Assembly: GCF_964213995.1 (NCBI RefSeq)
Contig: NW_027590274.1
Coordinates: 1 to 64,000, forward strand
Length of the DNA stretch: 64,000 nt
From: Mustelus asterias
Taxonomy: Eukaryota
Direction of reading: 5' to 3'
Below, in pieces: positions 61,736-64,000 of this stretch. A program made the position numbers and the translations under genes. How positions within the stretch are numbered: position 1 is the stretch's first letter; every line of letters starts with the position of its first letter. Under the pieces are notes generated by a model that saw only the letters and a program-made list of their open reading frames with translations, searched no databases and was not told the origin of the DNA.

Positions 61736-64000
61736 ATGCACGCTGACATAGGTAGGAAGACGGAAGGGGTAATGAAAAGAGAATATAGGGAGTTAGGTAG
61801 ACAGTTGGGAAGGAGGAACGCAAAGGTTGTCATCTCAGGATTGCTGCCTGTGCCAGGGGAAAGTGAGAGCAGGAATGGGGTGAGGTGGAGGATGAATGTG
61901 TGGCTGAGGGACTGGAGCGGGGGGCAAGGATTCAGTTTCCTGGGTCATTGGGACCTCTTTAGGGGAAGGTGTGACCTGTACAAAAACGACGGGTGGCACT
62001 TGAATCCTAGGGAGACAAATATCCTGGCAGGAACGTTGGCTAAGGCTACTGGGGAGACTTTAAACTAGAAAGGTTGGGGGGAGGGAATCGTGACGAGGTG
62101 ACTGAGAGCGAGGAGGCTAGCCCGCAAATAGAGAAGGATTGTACACAGTGTAAGAGGGAGAATAGACGGGTGATGGAGAAGGGGAGAGCTCAAACCAAAG
62201 GTTTGAGATATGTCTATTTTAATGCCAGGAGTGTAGTGAATAAAGTGGATGAGCTTAGATTGTGGATCGATGCTTGGAAGTGTGATGTGGTGGCCATTAC
62301 GGAGACTTGGGGACAGGGACAGGACTGGATACTTCAGGTGCCGGGTTTCAGATGTTTCAGAAAGGACAGACAGGGAGGCAAAAGAGGGGGGTGGGGAGTG
62401 GCACTGCTGATCAGGAATAGTGTCAGAGCTGCAGAGAATGTGGAAGCCGTGGAGGGATTGTCTACGGAGTCTCTGTGGGTGGGAGTTCGGAGCGGGAAGG
62501 GGTCGATAACTTTGCTGGGTGTTTTGTACAGGCCGCCCAATAGTAACAGGGATGTTGAGGAGCAGATAGGGAACAGATCCTGGAGAGATGTAGGAATAAC
62601 AGGGTTGTCGTGATGGGAGACTTTAATTTCCCAAACATCGATTGGAATATCCATAGAGTAAGGGGTTTGGATGGGGAGGGGTTTGTTAGGTGTGTTCAGG
62701 AGGGTTGCCTGACACAGCATGTGGATAAGCCTACAAGAGGAGAGGCTGTACTCGACCTGGTACTGGCTAATAAGCCAGTACCAGATGTCGGATCTCTCAG
62801 TGGGGGAGCATCTTGGGGATAGTGATCATTACTCTATCTCCTTTACGCAAGCATTGGAAAGAGATAGGATCAGGCAAGCTCGGAAAGTGTTTATCTGGAG
62901 TCAGGGGAAATATGAAGCCATCAGGCAGGAGATTAGATGCGTAAATTGGAAGGAGGCATTCTCGAGGAAAAGTACTGAAGTAAGGTGGCAGATTTTCAAG
63001 GAATGTTTGCCTCGAGTTCTGCATGACAACGTTCCGATGAGAGAGGGAGGTGTTGGTAGGTTACGGGAACCATGGTGCATGAAAGCTGCGCTGAACCTAG
63101 TGAGAAAGAAAAGGAAAGCGTACAAAAGCTTCAGAGCGCTAGGCGATGATAGGGATCTAGATGAGTAGACGGCTTGTCGGAACGAAGGGGTCACGAGAAG
63201 GCCTTGGCAGGTAAGATTAAGGAGAACCCGAAGGCATTCTATAAATATGTGAAGAGTAAAAGGATGAGATGTGATGGAATAGGAATTATAAAAGGTGAAG
63301 GTGAGATAGTCTGTACAGAACCGGAAGAAATAGCAGAGGTGCTTAATGAATATTTTACCTCGGTATTCACGGTGGAAAAAGACCTGGGTGGTTACTACAG
63401 GACTGAGGTGGGCTGAAAAGATTGAGTATGTGGACATTAAGAAAGAGGATGTGTTGGAAATTTTGAATAGCATCAAGATAGATAAGTCGCCGGGACCGGA
63501 TGGGATGTACCCCAGGTTACTGTGGGAGGTGAGGGAAGAGATTGCAGAGCCTCTGGTGATGATCTTTGCGTCGTCGATGGAGACGGGAGAGGTTCTGGAG
63601 GATTGGACGATTGCGGATGTGTTTCCTATATTCAAGGAAGGGAATAGGGATCGCCCAGGAAATTACTGACTGGTGAGTCTAACCTCAGTGGTTGGTAAGT
63701 TGATGGAGAAGATCCTGGGGAACAGGATTTATGAACATTTAGAGAAGTTTCGTATGCTCAAACGTAGTCAGCACGGCCTTGTCAAAGGCAAATCGTGCCT
63801 TACGAAACTGGTGGAGTTCTTTGAAAATGTGACGAAACACATTGACGAAGGAAAAGCGGTAGATGTGGTTTACATGGACTTCAGCAAGGCGTTCGATAAG
63901 GTACCCCATGCAAGACTTCTCAAGAAAGTGAGAGGGCATGGGATGCAAGGGGCTGTTGCCTTGTGGATTCAGAACTGGCTTGCCTGCAGAAGGCAGAGAG
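61736..64000 (+). mobile_element. CR1 LINE: ORF1 esterase end plus ORF2 endonuclease and start of RT, frameshifted, running off the window
   Basis: FLGHWDLF...DGWHLN; YFNARS, AITETW, LYRPP and MGDFNFP (APE); KSPGPDG and VYMDFSKAFDKVPH (RT). Confidence 0.95.

Overview
Eukaryotic, repeat-rich genomic DNA from a cartilaginous fish (shark-type IgM VH/D/JH segments, HE1-like and Deu-domain SINEs, CR1/HER1-like LINEs). Three blocks are visible. (1) About 2.4-7.5 kb is a Pol III cluster: tRNA-Glu(TTC), a tRNA-Gln(CTG) variant, several tRNA relics and a full-length 7SL/SRP RNA gene. (2) About 9-24 kb is a cluster of four C2H2 zinc-finger paralogues with no recognisable KRAB domain: two with open frames, one decayed, and one with a single nonsense codon. 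They have CpG-rich promoters built from tandem CCAAT/GC-box and CRE repeats. (3) About 29.7-59.5 kb is a minus-strand immunoglobulin heavy-chain minicluster. Its VH appears already joined to D1 (VD1-22RSS ... 12RSS-D2-12RSS ... 23RSS-JH), and no constant-region exons are recognisable downstream. An old tandem duplicate of its upstream region carries a truncated VH pseudogene. Penelope-like fold-back elements with minimal hammerhead-ribozyme motifs are scattered throughout. Most remaining six-frame ORFs are antisense or repeat noise. Repeat boundaries are approximate because they were read by eye.
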